From positions 64,001 to 128,000 of the IMG/VR virus record IMGVR_UViG_3300043434_000734: a DNA stretch of 64,000 nucleotides; one strand, written 5' to 3'. Origin of the DNA: a virus (Duplodnaviria > Caudoviricetes). Positions within the stretch are counted from its first letter, which is position 1. Each line of letters opens with the position of its first letter. Below the pieces are notes generated by a model, which worked only from the letters and a program-made list of their open reading frames with translations, searched no databases and had not been told where the DNA came from. Shown here in pieces: positions 29,085 through 39,292 of this stretch. The translations under genes were made by a program, and so were the position numbers.

Positions 29085-30875
29085 TTAGATGAATTGACCG
29101 TTATATGTTGTTAAATTATACTGTAATTTTGCTACAAGTTGTTGATCAAAACATTCTTGAGATTGTAATGTAACAATTGTCCCTTCTGAAGCTATTCCGT
29201 ATATTCCTGTATAACCTTCATTAATAAATAAGAAGTCAGACTCAACTAACGATACGGTTCCACCCTTATATAACATTGCATCTATAATAACCGGATTATT
29301 TCCAAGGTCACCATACCACATTGCGCTCATTTCAATTGTAAGTGACGTCTCAGATGGATATTGATTTTTAAACTCAATTAAGTTAATAAAAACTGACTCA
29401 AACCCTTGTCCGGTGTTATCACCACCCCAAGTTAATATTGGTATCCCTCCGTTGTCTGGATATTGTGTACTTCTACACCAACCAAGGTAAGATTGTGCAT
29501 TGATTTGACCAATATTAGGGTTACTTATTCTTGTTCTGGTATCTAAATCAGTACCGTCAGTAAATGAATATGAAACAATTATGTAATCGGCGTCAAATGT
29601 GAAACCACTTGGTAATTGTGTAGTAAACGGATATGGTGTTGGTGTTATAAACGGTGTTGGAGTTGGGGTCGGTGTACCGGTAACCGTAGGTGTTGGGGTT
29701 ATTGTCGGTGTTGGTGTAAAAGTTGGAGCATTTGTTGGGGTCGGAGAAGGTGTATTTGTTGGTGTGGGACTTGGGGTGGGAGTCGGAGTTGGTGTCGGAA
29801 CTATAATTGTATCTACACAAACAGGACCACAAATTTCAAAATCATAATTGGTTTTGATGACATTAAAATTGTGTCTAATTTGTAAAAAATTTAAAGGTTC
29901 TTCGTAATATTTTATTGATTTAATAATAAATTCACAATTTCCGTGATGAATGTCAGTGTTTAAATCGGTACCCCCACCCCAAATTTGCTTTATTTCAACA
30001 TTATTCCTATAAGATGGGATAATTTCCTCCCAATTTGATTCTAAATGAATTAAATTACCATTTAAGTATATTTTCAAATCACCTAATCTTTTATTTCTCT
30101 CAAACGCCCATTTACTATTTAACTCCTCAACATATTCCGTAGTAATTGTTCCACCCGTTAACCAATTTGTCATATCGTTAGTGATAGTATATCCCGTAAC
30201 AATTTGAGTCGTAGTGGTACCTGATGAAGATCCTGAATATGATATAATATGTGGTCCTTGAATTAAATCATTAATTCCTCCTTCATTTTCTAAATCACAA
30301 TTGTAAAATTCTGTATACCTTTCAAAGACAATTGTTATGTTAAAATCTTTGGTATTGTTTGAAACGCATAACGGCAAAGTTGTACCAGTTGAATAATACG
30401 TCGACGTCGTATAACCCGATATTGTATCACACATTCCTGAATAATGAAAAGAGGACCATTTAATTTTACCATCCGAGGTAAATTGAAAAGATAAGTTATT
30501 ATCCAAATAATTCTCATCTTCATAATTTTCATTTGAACCCAAATAGTAAAAAACATTACCGTCAGACCAATCTAATGTGTTTCTATTGAAAATAAAATCT
30601 AACGTCCAACCTTTTTCGGTTCGTCTTCTTACTTTAAATTCACAATTGTCTGAGACAATTGTTTCGTTAACAACAATATTTAACGGAAAAGATATGTCAT
30701 TATAACAAGACGAATCAATAATTAACGTATCAAATGTTAATGAAATGTCCGTATTTAAGAGATTAATGTCATAATCATCTTCGATTTTTGTCAATTGGTA
30801 GTCATAAAGTTCAGATGAATCTAACTTTAAGTCCAATTTTGACCCGTAAAAATTTAAAATATTCTGTCTATTCAT
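29085..30875 (-). CDS. Virion surface protein: beta-sandwich N-region, PT linker, C-terminal WGGDNTG domain
   Basis: Start MNRQNILNF at 30875 after TATTTATA; PT linker; [29 protein letters not shown]-domain. Confidence 0.55.
   Translation of the reverse strand: MNRQNILNFYGSKLDLKLDSSELYDYQLTKIEDDYDINLLNTDISLTFDTLIIDSSCYNDISFPLNIVVNETIVSDNCEFKVRRRTEKGWTLDFIFNRNTLDWSDGNVFYYLGSNENYEDENYLDNNLSFQFTSDGKIKWSSFHYSGMCDTISGYTTSTYYSTGTTLPLCVSNNTKDFNITIVFERYTEFYNCDLENEGGINDLIQGPHIISYSGSSSGTTTTQIVTGYTITNDMTNWLTGGTITTEYVEELNSKWAFERNKRLGDLKIYLNGNLIHLESNWEEIIPSYRNNVEIKQIWGGGTDLNTDIHHGNCEFIIKSIKYYEEPLNFLQIRHNFNVIKTNYDFEICGPVCVDTIIVPTPTPTPTPSPTPTNTPSPTPTNAPTFTPTPTITPTPTVTGTPTPTPTPFITPTPYPFTTQLPSGFTFDADYIIVSYSFTDGTDLDTRTRISNPNIGQINAQSYLGWCRSTQYPDNGGIPILTWGGDNTGQGFESVFINLIEFKNQYPSETSLTIEMSAMWYGDLGNNPVIIDAMLYKGGTVSLVESDFLFINEGYTGIYGIASEGTIVTLQSQECFDQQLVAKLQYNLTTYNGQFI
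29632..29800 (-). repeat. Coding (PT)n low-complexity repeat
   Basis: Encodes [22 protein letters not shown]... Confidence 0.9.
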
Positions 30876-30928
30876 TATTGTATAAATATCTTTCATAACA
30901 TTTGATATTTATAATAAAGTGTATTTGT

Positions 30929-31678
30929 ATGAATAATTTTATAAAACAGGTAATTGAAGAGAAATTTACCTCAAAAGCCCAACAAAGATATTTCTTTGCT
31001 AAGGCCAACGAAAAGGGGGTTTCTAATAAGGAAAAGAATAAATGGGGTAAAATGGCGAAGGAATTCTCAGATAAAACAGATTACACTAAAATACCTGAAA
31101 AAGTGAAAAATGAGGAAGAGGTTGATGAAATAGTAGATAAAGAAGGGAATATTGGACAAAGTAAAAAACCTAACAATATGAACACTAAAGGAACGACTTC
31201 AAACGACACATCCGATAATTCAGCGTTGAAAGGTCACGGAATGATGTCCACATCTGCAGCAATGGGTTATGGTATTGGTTATAGAAGATTCCCATTGGAA
31301 GAAGTTGAATTAGATGGTGTATTAGGAGGTGAAAATATAATTAATAACGTACCATATGATGAGGCGTTAGATGATATGGAAAATGAAAAAGGTTTACCTG
31401 AAGATGAGGCGGAAGAAAGATTAAAAAGTATGGGGTATAGACCCGACGACGATAAACTTAATTTAGTTGAAAATCCTAAAAAGTTTATGGAGGAATATCT
31501 TGAGAGTATTCTTAAGAAAAAAAATGAAGATAATGACGTATTATCTAAAGAAGATGAAATTGAAGAAGTGGAAATTAATCCAATTGTTGCAAAACAAATT
31601 AGGGCACTTAAAAATAGTATGAAAACCTATGGTTTAAAACCTGACCATATTTTAAAAGGATTAAACGATAATGAATAA
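30929..31678 (+). CDS. Hypothetical, probable internal head protein
   Basis: Start MNNFIKQVIEE after TATTTATA (30906); FTSKAQQRYF motif; many LxE sites. Confidence 0.6.
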   Translation: MNNFIKQVIEEKFTSKAQQRYFFAKANEKGVSNKEKNKWGKMAKEFSDKTDYTKIPEKVKNEEEVDEIVDKEGNIGQSKKPNNMNTKGTTSNDTSDNSALKGHGMMSTSAAMGYGIGYRRFPLEEVELDGVLGGENIINNVPYDEALDDMENEKGLPEDEAEERLKSMGYRPDDDKLNLVENPKKFMEEYLESILKKKNEDNDVLSKEDEIEEVEINPIVAKQIRALKNSMKTYGLKPDHILKGLNDNE

Positions 31679-32171
31679 AGAACTAAAAGATAGGGTTTTT
31701 GACATACCCCAAGACATTTTAAATAAGATTAATCATACTTTGGTCGGTCTTAATGGTGATAACGTTCACGGTGTGATGAGAGCTAAAAAACTTTTAAATG
31801 ACAAAAAAGTAACGTACGGACAACTTAAAAGAATCATTCACGACATACAAGGTATGGATAAAGTTAGTGAAAGATTAAGATACGATTTATCCGGTGGGGA
31901 TTTAATGGACAGGTGGTCAAAAAAACATTTACAAGGTGAACGAGATTTAATTAGTAATCGTAAAGATAGTAGAAAACGGGCAGATGACATATCAAGTATG
32001 ACGGGAGAAAGAAAAAATTCACATCTTAAAACACATACAAAGAAAGATAATTATTCTATACCAACTAATCTAATAAAAAGTAATTCACATAAAAATTCAA
32101 TATCGGCAATTAAAATAGGTGGTTTATTTGAACAAGAAATTGAAAAAATTAAAAAATTAATATCATATTAA
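31671..32171 (+). CDS. Hypothetical protein
   Basis: 166-aa operonic ORF ending LFEQEIEKIKKLISY. Confidence 0.7.
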   Translation: MNKELKDRVFDIPQDILNKINHTLVGLNGDNVHGVMRAKKLLNDKKVTYGQLKRIIHDIQGMDKVSERLRYDLSGGDLMDRWSKKHLQGERDLISNRKDSRKRADDISSMTGERKNSHLKTHTKKDNYSIPTNLIKSNSHKNSISAIKIGGLFEQEIEKIKKLISY

Positions 32172-32172
32172 T

Positions 32173-32850
32173 ATGACAAAATTAGACACATTATCTGAAA
32201 AATTTAGATTAGACAACATCACAAGAAACCCTTATAACGATAAAAATAACTATTCATCGTTAAGTGCAAACGCTCTATCTGATAAAGATGACAAAGGTAA
32301 AGGTGAAAACAATGGTAAAATTGGTTCGGCAACCGACATTATTAATCGCACATCTAACGTTACAAAAAACACTTTTAATGAAAATAATCAATACAACGTA
32401 TTAAATCCAAGAGCGCTTGCCGACGGAGATGATTACGGTAAAGGACAAAAAGATAATAACGTTGCTGTTGGTAGTAAAACTGACATTAAAAGTAGAAATG
32501 AATTATTATCGAAAAATACATACGGTAAAAATAAAGGATATAGTTCACTTAATCCAAATGCCCTATCTGATAATGATAACAAAGGTAAGGGAGAGAATGA
32601 TGGTAAAGTTGGTTCGTTTACTGATATTAAAATGAGAACGGAAAACTTAGGTAGAAATACTTATAATTCAGAAAATGGTTATAATTTAATTAATAAAAAT
32701 GCAATATCAGATGGTGACGATTATGGTAAAGGTCAAAATGGACCTAATGGAACTATCGGATCGAAAACTGATATTTTAAAACGAGTTGAAAACACCGGTA
32801 AAAACGAATATAACAGTAAAAAGGAATATAATAGACACCCAAAAGTATAA
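32173..32850 (+). CDS. Tandem-repeat protein (four 47-49 aa units)
   Basis: Repeated N.Y..N..Y..LN.NALSD.D..GKG......GS.TDI..R. Confidence 0.8.
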   Translation: MTKLDTLSEKFRLDNITRNPYNDKNNYSSLSANALSDKDDKGKGENNGKIGSATDIINRTSNVTKNTFNENNQYNVLNPRALADGDDYGKGQKDNNVAVGSKTDIKSRNELLSKNTYGKNKGYSSLNPNALSDNDNKGKGENDGKVGSFTDIKMRTENLGRNTYNSENGYNLINKNAISDGDDYGKGQNGPNGTIGSKTDILKRVENTGKNEYNSKKEYNRHPKV

Positions 32851-32851
32851 A

Positions 32852-33565
32852 ATGATAATAAATAACACATTCTTTAAAATTCTTGAAGAACAAAATATAT
32901 TAAAAACGACAAAAACAAAACCTATTGTTGATGCAATAAAAAATAGGAATAAGATTTCGTTTTATTATTCAGGACCAAGAAAACCTAAAAAAGATAGTGT
33001 AAAATCAGGTTATAGAGTAAAGGCGGAAGTAGTTGCGTTAGGGTTAAGTAAAAAAGGTAATCTAATCATTAGAGCATACGTACAGCCACCATCAACAACC
33101 AAAACCGGTTTTGCTAAAGGTGGATGGAGAACTTTTATGGTCGGTAGAATGGGAAGTGTTCAAATAACTGACGAAAAATTTGACGAAAAAAGACCCAATT
33201 ACAAAGAAGGTGATGACAGTTCGATGTCAGTGACTTATGTAACGGCAAATTGGACTAAACAACCTAAAAAAGTTAAATCAATTGAAAAACCAACAGTAGA
33301 ACCACCACAACAAATCTCTCCAACGGTGCAAGTAACAAAACCCGAAGTAAAAGATATTAAAGTAAGTCCCGAGGAACTTCCTCAACCAAAACCTGAGGAA
33401 AAACCACAACCCCAAGTTGAACCTACAGATGTTAATTTAAAAACTGATGATGAAGAGCTTCCTCAACCAAAACCTGAGGAAAAACCACAACCTAACCCAG
33501 ATGATGAGGAAAATGTGGAACTTAAAGAAAGTATAAAGAAAATTAAGAGTTTAATGTTTTCATAA
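32852..33565 (+). CDS. Stand-alone WYL-domain protein with Pro/Glu-rich tail
   Basis: IVDAIKNRNKISFYY..R..EVVALG..GNLIIRAY..GWRTFMVGRM; start MIINNTF at 32852. Confidence 0.8.
   Translation: MIINNTFFKILEEQNILKTTKTKPIVDAIKNRNKISFYYSGPRKPKKDSVKSGYRVKAEVVALGLSKKGNLIIRAYVQPPSTTKTGFAKGGWRTFMVGRMGSVQITDEKFDEKRPNYKEGDDSSMSVTYVTANWTKQPKKVKSIEKPTVEPPQQISPTVQVTKPEVKDIKVSPEELPQPKPEEKPQPQVEPTDVNLKTDDEELPQPKPEEKPQPNPDDEENVELKESIKKIKSLMFS
33377..33492 (+). repeat. 35-bp exact direct repeat (2 copies) encoding LPQPKPEEKPQP
   Basis: CTTCCTCAACCAAAACCTGAGGAAAAACCACAACC at 33377-33411 and 33458-33492. Confidence 0.9.
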
Positions 33566-33598
33566 AAAACGTTATTATTATAAAAACAAATTAGAATT

Positions 33599-34171
33599 AT
33601 GGCACAAGGTCAAGGAAGTATTACGTCAAACGATTTAATGTTAAAATTAGTACAAGCGAAGAAAGTAATGAACAAAGTGGATGGTGGTAATTTTGAAAGA
33701 GGTCACGTTAATGAATCTATGTTATTATCTGACCCATCAGAATTTTTAAATTCACAAGAACCAATACAGACTTCAACAAAACCTGTCGGAGTACCTAATG
33801 CTGACAAAATACAAAATTCTAAATTACCTGACGCAATTAAAAAGGCAATGATGGAAAACCCAATTCAACAAATTTCACTTAATGATACCCTAGATATGGA
33901 TTTTGTTAAGGGTGCAAAACGTTTAATGGAACAAGAAGGTGTATCCACAAAGAAACAAACACAACAACCACAAAGACAATCTTCTGGTGTTAATATCGAT
34001 ATGAATGCAATCGCAGTTTTAATCGAAAATACGGTTCGTAAAGTTATGGATGAGAAATTAAATCAAATTCTAACGGCACAAACAACCTCAACAATTAACG
34101 AAAACTTAGTATTAAAGGTTGGAGACTCAATCTTTAAAGGAAAAATTACAGGGGTAAATAAAGCAAAGTAG
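33599..34171 (+). CDS. Hypothetical protein
   Basis: 190-aa ORF; IQNSKLPDAIKKAMMENPI; C-terminal LKVGDSIFKGKI. Confidence 0.7.
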   Translation: MAQGQGSITSNDLMLKLVQAKKVMNKVDGGNFERGHVNESMLLSDPSEFLNSQEPIQTSTKPVGVPNADKIQNSKLPDAIKKAMMENPIQQISLNDTLDMDFVKGAKRLMEQEGVSTKKQTQQPQRQSSGVNIDMNAIAVLIENTVRKVMDEKLNQILTAQTTSTINENLVLKVGDSIFKGKITGVNKAK

Positions 34172-34222
34172 TTTTGTTTTTTCATTTTTTTTTGTTATAT
34201 TTTTCTTATATAACTTAGATTA

Positions 34223-35449
34223 ATGTCAAAAATTAAAATTTTAGCAATCCCATCAGACAAACACGGTGTTGGGAAATTTAGAATGATGGACCCGTATAAA
34301 TTTATCGGGGAAAACCATTCTGATGATGTGCACGTTGATATCACATTCAACGCCGAAGATAAAGACGAATATTTTTTAAATTACGATATTGTAGTTTTTC
34401 ACTCATTTATTCACCAAACAAATCACGATTCTAATATAAAGAGAATAAAATGGTTACAATCAAAAGGTATTAAGGTTGTAATGGACATTGATGATTTATG
34501 GTTTGTTGATCAAAGACACCCAATGTATTATCAAATTAAAGTTTCAGGTATTGCTGAAATGAAGATTGAAATGTTAAAGTTGGTCGATTACGTTTCAACA
34601 ACTACATCCATTTTTGCACAAACAATTAAAGAACGATTAGGTGTGAAAAATGTTGTTATTTTTCCTAATGCAGTTAATGAAGACGAACCACAATTCAAAC
34701 GTGAAACCGTCAAATCTGATAAAGTTAGATTTGGTTGGTTAGGTGGGTCTTCTCACTTATACGATATTGAATTAATGTCAAGTGGTATTGCTACAACTCA
34801 CAATTTATTTAAAGATAAAGTTCAGTTTGTTTTATGTGGTTTTGACATAAGAGGGTCGGTAACTGAAATTGACCCAAAAACTAAGCAACAAAGACAACGA
34901 CAAATTAGACCCATTGAAACAGTTTGGTATAAGTATGAGAAATTCTTTACTGATGATTATCGAGCTGTAAGTCCTGAATATAAATCATACCTTAATACAT
35001 TTGTTGAAACATCTTACGATGATATTAATTTACCATATAGAAGAAAATGGACAAAAGAAATTAATTCATATGCAACAAATTATAATACTTTTGATGTATC
35101 TTTGGCACCGTTAGTGGAATCTATGTTTAATGCTAATAAGTCACAATTAAAAGTTATCGAGGCTGGTTTTCATAAAAAGGCAATTATCGCAAGTGAAACT
35201 CAACCATATACATTAGATTTAATATCTGCAGTTGATGAGGGTAAGTTTAACAATAAAGGAAATGCATTATTCGTTAACCCAAAAAGAAATCATAAAGATT
35301 GGGCAAAACATATGAAACGTTTAATTGAAAATCCTAATATGATTGAGGATTTAGGTGAACGTTTATATGAGACAGTAAAAGACACGTATTCATTAAAAAA
35401 AGTATGTGGAGATAGATTAGAATTTTTTAAAACAATTATAAATAAATAA
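34223..35449 (+). CDS. Glycosyltransferase (GT-B fold, GT4-like)
   Basis: GVGKFRMMDPY..VMDIDDLW..RFGWLGGSSHLYDI..FDVSLAPLVESMFNANKSQLKVIEAG. Confidence 0.9.
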   Translation: MSKIKILAIPSDKHGVGKFRMMDPYKFIGENHSDDVHVDITFNAEDKDEYFLNYDIVVFHSFIHQTNHDSNIKRIKWLQSKGIKVVMDIDDLWFVDQRHPMYYQIKVSGIAEMKIEMLKLVDYVSTTTSIFAQTIKERLGVKNVVIFPNAVNEDEPQFKRETVKSDKVRFGWLGGSSHLYDIELMSSGIATTHNLFKDKVQFVLCGFDIRGSVTEIDPKTKQQRQRQIRPIETVWYKYEKFFTDDYRAVSPEYKSYLNTFVETSYDDINLPYRRKWTKEINSYATNYNTFDVSLAPLVESMFNANKSQLKVIEAGFHKKAIIASETQPYTLDLISAVDEGKFNNKGNALFVNPKRNHKDWAKHMKRLIENPNMIEDLGERLYETVKDTYSLKKVCGDRLEFFKTIINK

Positions 35450-35460
35450 AACAAACAATT

Positions 35461-35691
35461 ATGCACTACACAGTAACAGTAGGATACGAATCCGAACAAT
35501 TAGACAGAGAGGGTAACCCACGTTTAACAAAATCAAATATCATAGTACAAGCCGAGTCAAATGCTGAAGCTAATATTACGGCATCTAAATTTTTAGCTGG
35601 AGATATTCGATCAAGTCAAATTATCGATGTTAAAAGATTAAAAATCGATTGTGTGATTGATGAAAAAAATACACCAGAATATTACAAATAG
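35461..35691 (+). CDS. DUF4494-like small protein
   Basis: YTVTVGYESEQLDREGNPRLTKSNIIVQAESNAEA resembles the Bacteroidota DUF4494 pattern. Confidence 0.45.
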   Translation: MHYTVTVGYESEQLDREGNPRLTKSNIIVQAESNAEANITASKFLAGDIRSSQIIDVKRLKIDCVIDEKNTPEYYK

Positions 35692-35715
35692 AAATAAGTA
35701 AACACCAACTGTACA

Positions 35716-35937
35716 ATGGAATTTTATAGTAAAGATATACAAATTATGCGCCAATCTCAAAGTAAGATGGCGTTAGAATACCTAACTACAGTTGGTGTTC
35801 AAGTTACTTTTGAAGAGTTTCAACGTGTAACTGATGTGTTTGTTGAGTGTTGTTTACGACCTCAAGATAACGACTTAAAAGAGAGAATTAAGAAGTTAGA
35901 TAAATGGATTTTAGAAAAAAAGAATAACAATGGATAA
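35716..35937 (+). CDS. Hypothetical protein
   Basis: 73-aa operonic ORF. Confidence 0.6.
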   Translation: MEFYSKDIQIMRQSQSKMALEYLTTVGVQVTFEEFQRVTDVFVECCLRPQDNDLKERIKKLDKWILEKKNNNG

Positions 35938-36559
35938 GGGTGAAGCGGAAGAGTATTTAAAAAAATTAGAGAATTTAGAAAAAAACATAAATTCTGATGA
36001 TGGTGATGAAGATGGTATTGATTTAAATTTTATTGGGGAATTAAATGAACTACTATCTAAGTTAGAACAAGAATTTAAAGTAGACCAATCAAAAACACAA
36101 ATGAACAATAATGGTACAATTATTGATAATGGTGTTATGGTTAAGGTTAAGAAATTACAACCGAATGCGGTGATACCATCCTACTCAAAAATTGGCGACG
36201 CTGGAATGGATTTAACAATAACAAGGGAAATTGAAAATACATCTTTTAGTGTTTCATACGGTTTTGGCATTGCAATGGAAATTCCTAAAGGTTATGTCGG
36301 TTTAGTTTTCCCTCGTTCATCAGTACGTAACCAAGATTTGATTCTATCAAATTGTGTTGGTGTTATCGATAGTGGATATAGGGGGGAATTACAGGCAACA
36401 TTTAAAAAAACTAACGGACTCGACTCTCAAAAGTATAAAGTAGGCGAGAGAGGTGCTCAGATTATTATATTACCTTACCCTCAAGTATTTATGACTGAAG
36501 TTCCAGAATTATCTGATTCCGAAAGAGGAGAAGGTGGATTCGGTTCAACTGGAAAATAG
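35930..36559 (+). CDS. dut: Trimeric dUTPase with acidic N-terminal extension
   Basis: GDAGMDL, PRSS, GVIDSGYRGE, GERGAQIII, RGEGGFGSTG. Confidence 0.95.
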   Translation: MDKGEAEEYLKKLENLEKNINSDDGDEDGIDLNFIGELNELLSKLEQEFKVDQSKTQMNNNGTIIDNGVMVKVKKLQPNAVIPSYSKIGDAGMDLTITREIENTSFSVSYGFGIAMEIPKGYVGLVFPRSSVRNQDLILSNCVGVIDSGYRGELQATFKKTNGLDSQKYKVGERGAQIIILPYPQVFMTEVPELSDSERGEGGFGSTGK

Positions 36560-36599
36560 TATATTTATAATAAATAATTAGAATTTAAAATAGAAAATT

Positions 36600-37337
36600 T
36601 TGGCATTAAAACCTAAAGTCGGAAAATCACACCAACAAACCACCACCCTTACACCCGATGAAAAGAAAATTTCTCATAAAGAGAAAATTAGACAAATAAT
36701 CAAAAAACCAAAGGAAAAGTTTCTTACAAAAAATCAAGAAGAATACTGGAAAACATTAGGTGAAAATCAAATAACATTATGTTTTGGTCCTGCCGGTGTC
36801 GGTAAATCGTACATTGCTATGAAAAGGGCCGTGGACTTACTTTGGGACGATACCAATAAGTATGAGAAAATAATCATTGTTAGACCAGCTGTCGAAGCAG
36901 AAGAAAAATTAGGTTCACTACCGGGTGGTTTAGAAGAAAAATTAGACCCATATATCTACCCATCTTATTATCTTTTAAACAAAATAATTGGAAAAGAGGC
37001 GAGAGAAAGTTTAAAAGATATGGGTTATATCGAAGTTGCTGCACTTGCTTATATGAGAGGTTGGAACGTAGATAATACCATATTAGTATTTGAAGAAGCA
37101 CAAAACGCCACACCATCACAAATAAAGTTACTTTTAACTCGTATTGGATTCAATTCCAAGTTTTTTATCTCGGGAGATTTGGAACAATCTGACAAATATC
37201 GTGATAAAACTAAATCGGGTTTATATGACGCGAAAAAAAGATTAGGTGATGTAAATGGAATTGGTATTTTTGAATTTGATAATTCGGACATTGTTAGAAA
37301 TCCAATCATTGGTGAAATTTTGAATAGATACGATTAG
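36600..37337 (+). CDS. phoH: PhoH-family ATPase
   Basis: GPAGVGKS, RPAVEAEEKLGSLPG, YMRGW, EEAQN, LLTRIG, SGDLEQSD, IVRNP; TTG start. Confidence 0.95.
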   Translation: MALKPKVGKSHQQTTTLTPDEKKISHKEKIRQIIKKPKEKFLTKNQEEYWKTLGENQITLCFGPAGVGKSYIAMKRAVDLLWDDTNKYEKIIIVRPAVEAEEKLGSLPGGLEEKLDPYIYPSYYLLNKIIGKEARESLKDMGYIEVAALAYMRGWNVDNTILVFEEAQNATPSQIKLLLTRIGFNSKFFISGDLEQSDKYRDKTKSGLYDAKKRLGDVNGIGIFEFDNSDIVRNPIIGEILNRYD

Positions 37338-37374
37338 GGTTTACTTATGGACCGTTTAATGTTATATTTCATAT

Positions 37375-38028
37375 ATGGAAATATTCATTAGTATAGATGG
37401 CGTATTAAGAAACACAATACAAAAATTTGATTATCATTATAACGAAGCCTTTTTAGCTGAAGACGTTGTACTTGAAGATAACACCTTTGAATATGGTGTA
37501 ACCGAACCTATTGAAAACGATAAGTTAATTAACTCATACAAATTCCAGTCAAAGGAAGAGTATGAGTTTTTTATGTTTATGGAATACCCAATTGAAATTT
37601 TCGGTCACGCCGGATTAAGTTATTCAACAACATTTACGGATTTACATAAAATAATTTTTGATAATCAGGAACACAACATCACATTAATAGGGTTAGATGA
37701 ACTTGGTAAAGCCAAGCCAGCAACGCTGTTCTTTTTATCTAAAAATGGATTCTTAGGTAACAAGATAAAATTTGCTAAAAGTGACGAAATTGAGAAGTTA
37801 TGGAACGAGTGTGATGTATGGGTTACAGATAGTAAATATGTTTTAGATAACTGTCCAGAAAATAAAACTGGACTCAAATTCATCACTAAGTACAACACAC
37901 ACTTTACTTATAAAAAAGAAATATCTAAATTAACTGAAATACAAGATTTATGGTCGAACTCTTCGGAAAAAACTACTACATTGATCTCGATGGAATCACA
38001 GAAAAATGTAGAACAGGAAACAAAATAG
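37375..38028 (+). CDS. HAD-like 5'(3')-deoxyribonucleotidase homolog (degenerate motif I)
   Basis: IFISIDGVLRN (DxD reads SxD); DVWVTD..VLD motif IV-like. Confidence 0.5.
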   Translation: MEIFISIDGVLRNTIQKFDYHYNEAFLAEDVVLEDNTFEYGVTEPIENDKLINSYKFQSKEEYEFFMFMEYPIEIFGHAGLSYSTTFTDLHKIIFDNQEHNITLIGLDELGKAKPATLFFLSKNGFLGNKIKFAKSDEIEKLWNECDVWVTDSKYVLDNCPENKTGLKFITKYNTHFTYKKEISKLTEIQDLWSNSSEKTTTLISMESQKNVEQETK

Positions 38029-38234
38029 AAACGGAAGAAACTGATGAAGACACTTTAGAAATTAACATCTTTAAATATGAAATTATTAAGATGTGTTTGG
38101 ATAGGGTTTTATCAGAATATGAGGAAGTTGATGATGCGTTAGGTGCATTTGGTAAAAATGCACAATCATCATCATTTAAAATAGCATTTAACACTTTAAT
38201 AAAATACGAAATATTAATCGAAGACGATGAGTAA
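37950..38234 (+). CDS. Hypothetical protein
   Basis: 94 aa; KYEIIKMCLD..FKIAFNTLIKYEIL; overlaps the end of the upstream gene. Confidence 0.65.
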   Translation: MVELFGKNYYIDLDGITEKCRTGNKIETEETDEDTLEINIFKYEIIKMCLDRVLSEYEEVDDALGAFGKNAQSSSFKIAFNTLIKYEILIEDDE

Positions 38235-39291
38235 ACAAGAAAACATAGAAAAATTAGAATCTGCAATTAGTAGATTACAAACAAATGAGAATGTCGTATA
38301 TTTTTTATCATACGACACCAAAAATAATGCCAGAGCTTCTGTAAAACATATCTATGATATGGCGTTAACTCTTAAAAATAACGGAGGAAATGTTAAAATT
38401 TTAGTTGAGGATAACACATACAGCGGTGTAAGTGGGTGGTTAGATGAAGAATACACTAATCTACCAATAGTTTCAATTAAAGATGATAAAATTGAAATTT
38501 CAATTGACGATGTGATTGTGGTACCCGAATACTACTCAAACGTATTACAACAATTATCGAATTTAAAATGTACTAAAGTTATGTTAGTACAACAAAAAGA
38601 TTACATTTTTGAAACATTACCAATTGGTAGTAGATGGAGTGATTATGGTTTTGATAAAGTTATCACTACAACTGAAGAATCTAAAAAATATATTTTAGAT
38701 GTATTTCCAGAATCGTTAGTTCATATTATTCCACCAATTATCGGAGATAATTTTACACATAGTGATGGTATTATTAAACCGTACATTGCTATTAGTTGTA
38801 GAGACAGAGTAATACACAGGAAAATAATTTCAGAATTTTATATCAAATACCCACATTTACGTTGGATATCATTTAGAGATATGGTTCAATTACCATATAG
38901 TGAATTCTCTGAAGTATTAAAAGAATGTGCTGTTTCCGTATGGGTTGATGATGAAAGTACATTTGGTACATTCCCATTAGAATCGATGAAGTGTGGCGTA
39001 CCCGTTGTTGGCAAAATCCCAAATACTGAACCTGATTGGTTAACTGAAAATGGTATGTGGACGTATGATGCAAATAAAATTGTTGACTTATTGGGTACAT
39101 ATGTTTTAGCTTGGTTAGAAGGGGTTGAACTAACTGATGAAGTTAAAGATAAGATGAAGGAAACTTTATTACCTTATAACACTGAAATCACAAAGAATAA
39201 CATTACGTCTGTCTTTAATTCTTTCACTAATAAAAGAATCGAAACAATAACAAAGGCATTAGAAAAATTAAAACAAGAAGAGGAAGCATAA
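38227..39291 (+). CDS. Glycosyltransferase (GT-B-like)
   Basis: IVVPEYYSNV..VWVDDESTFGTFPLESMKCGVPVVG resembles the GT4 ExFG..LE motif. Confidence 0.75.
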   Translation: MSKQENIEKLESAISRLQTNENVVYFLSYDTKNNARASVKHIYDMALTLKNNGGNVKILVEDNTYSGVSGWLDEEYTNLPIVSIKDDKIEISIDDVIVVPEYYSNVLQQLSNLKCTKVMLVQQKDYIFETLPIGSRWSDYGFDKVITTTEESKKYILDVFPESLVHIIPPIIGDNFTHSDGIIKPYIAISCRDRVIHRKIISEFYIKYPHLRWISFRDMVQLPYSEFSEVLKECAVSVWVDDESTFGTFPLESMKCGVPVVGKIPNTEPDWLTENGMWTYDANKIVDLLGTYVLAWLEGVELTDEVKDKMKETLLPYNTEITKNNITSVFNSFTNKRIETITKALEKLKQEEEA

Positions 39292-39292
39292 T

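Noticed and set aside
28131-29800. GTTGGA/GTTGGT periodic sequence resembling a CRISPR array or satellite
   Set aside because: Degenerate hexamers in frame with PT-rich coding linkers; no constant repeat with unique spacers.
29593-29885. Three overlapping ORFs (GVGV-, CWCW- and YTN-rich)
   Set aside because: Alternate-frame shadows of the PT repeat.
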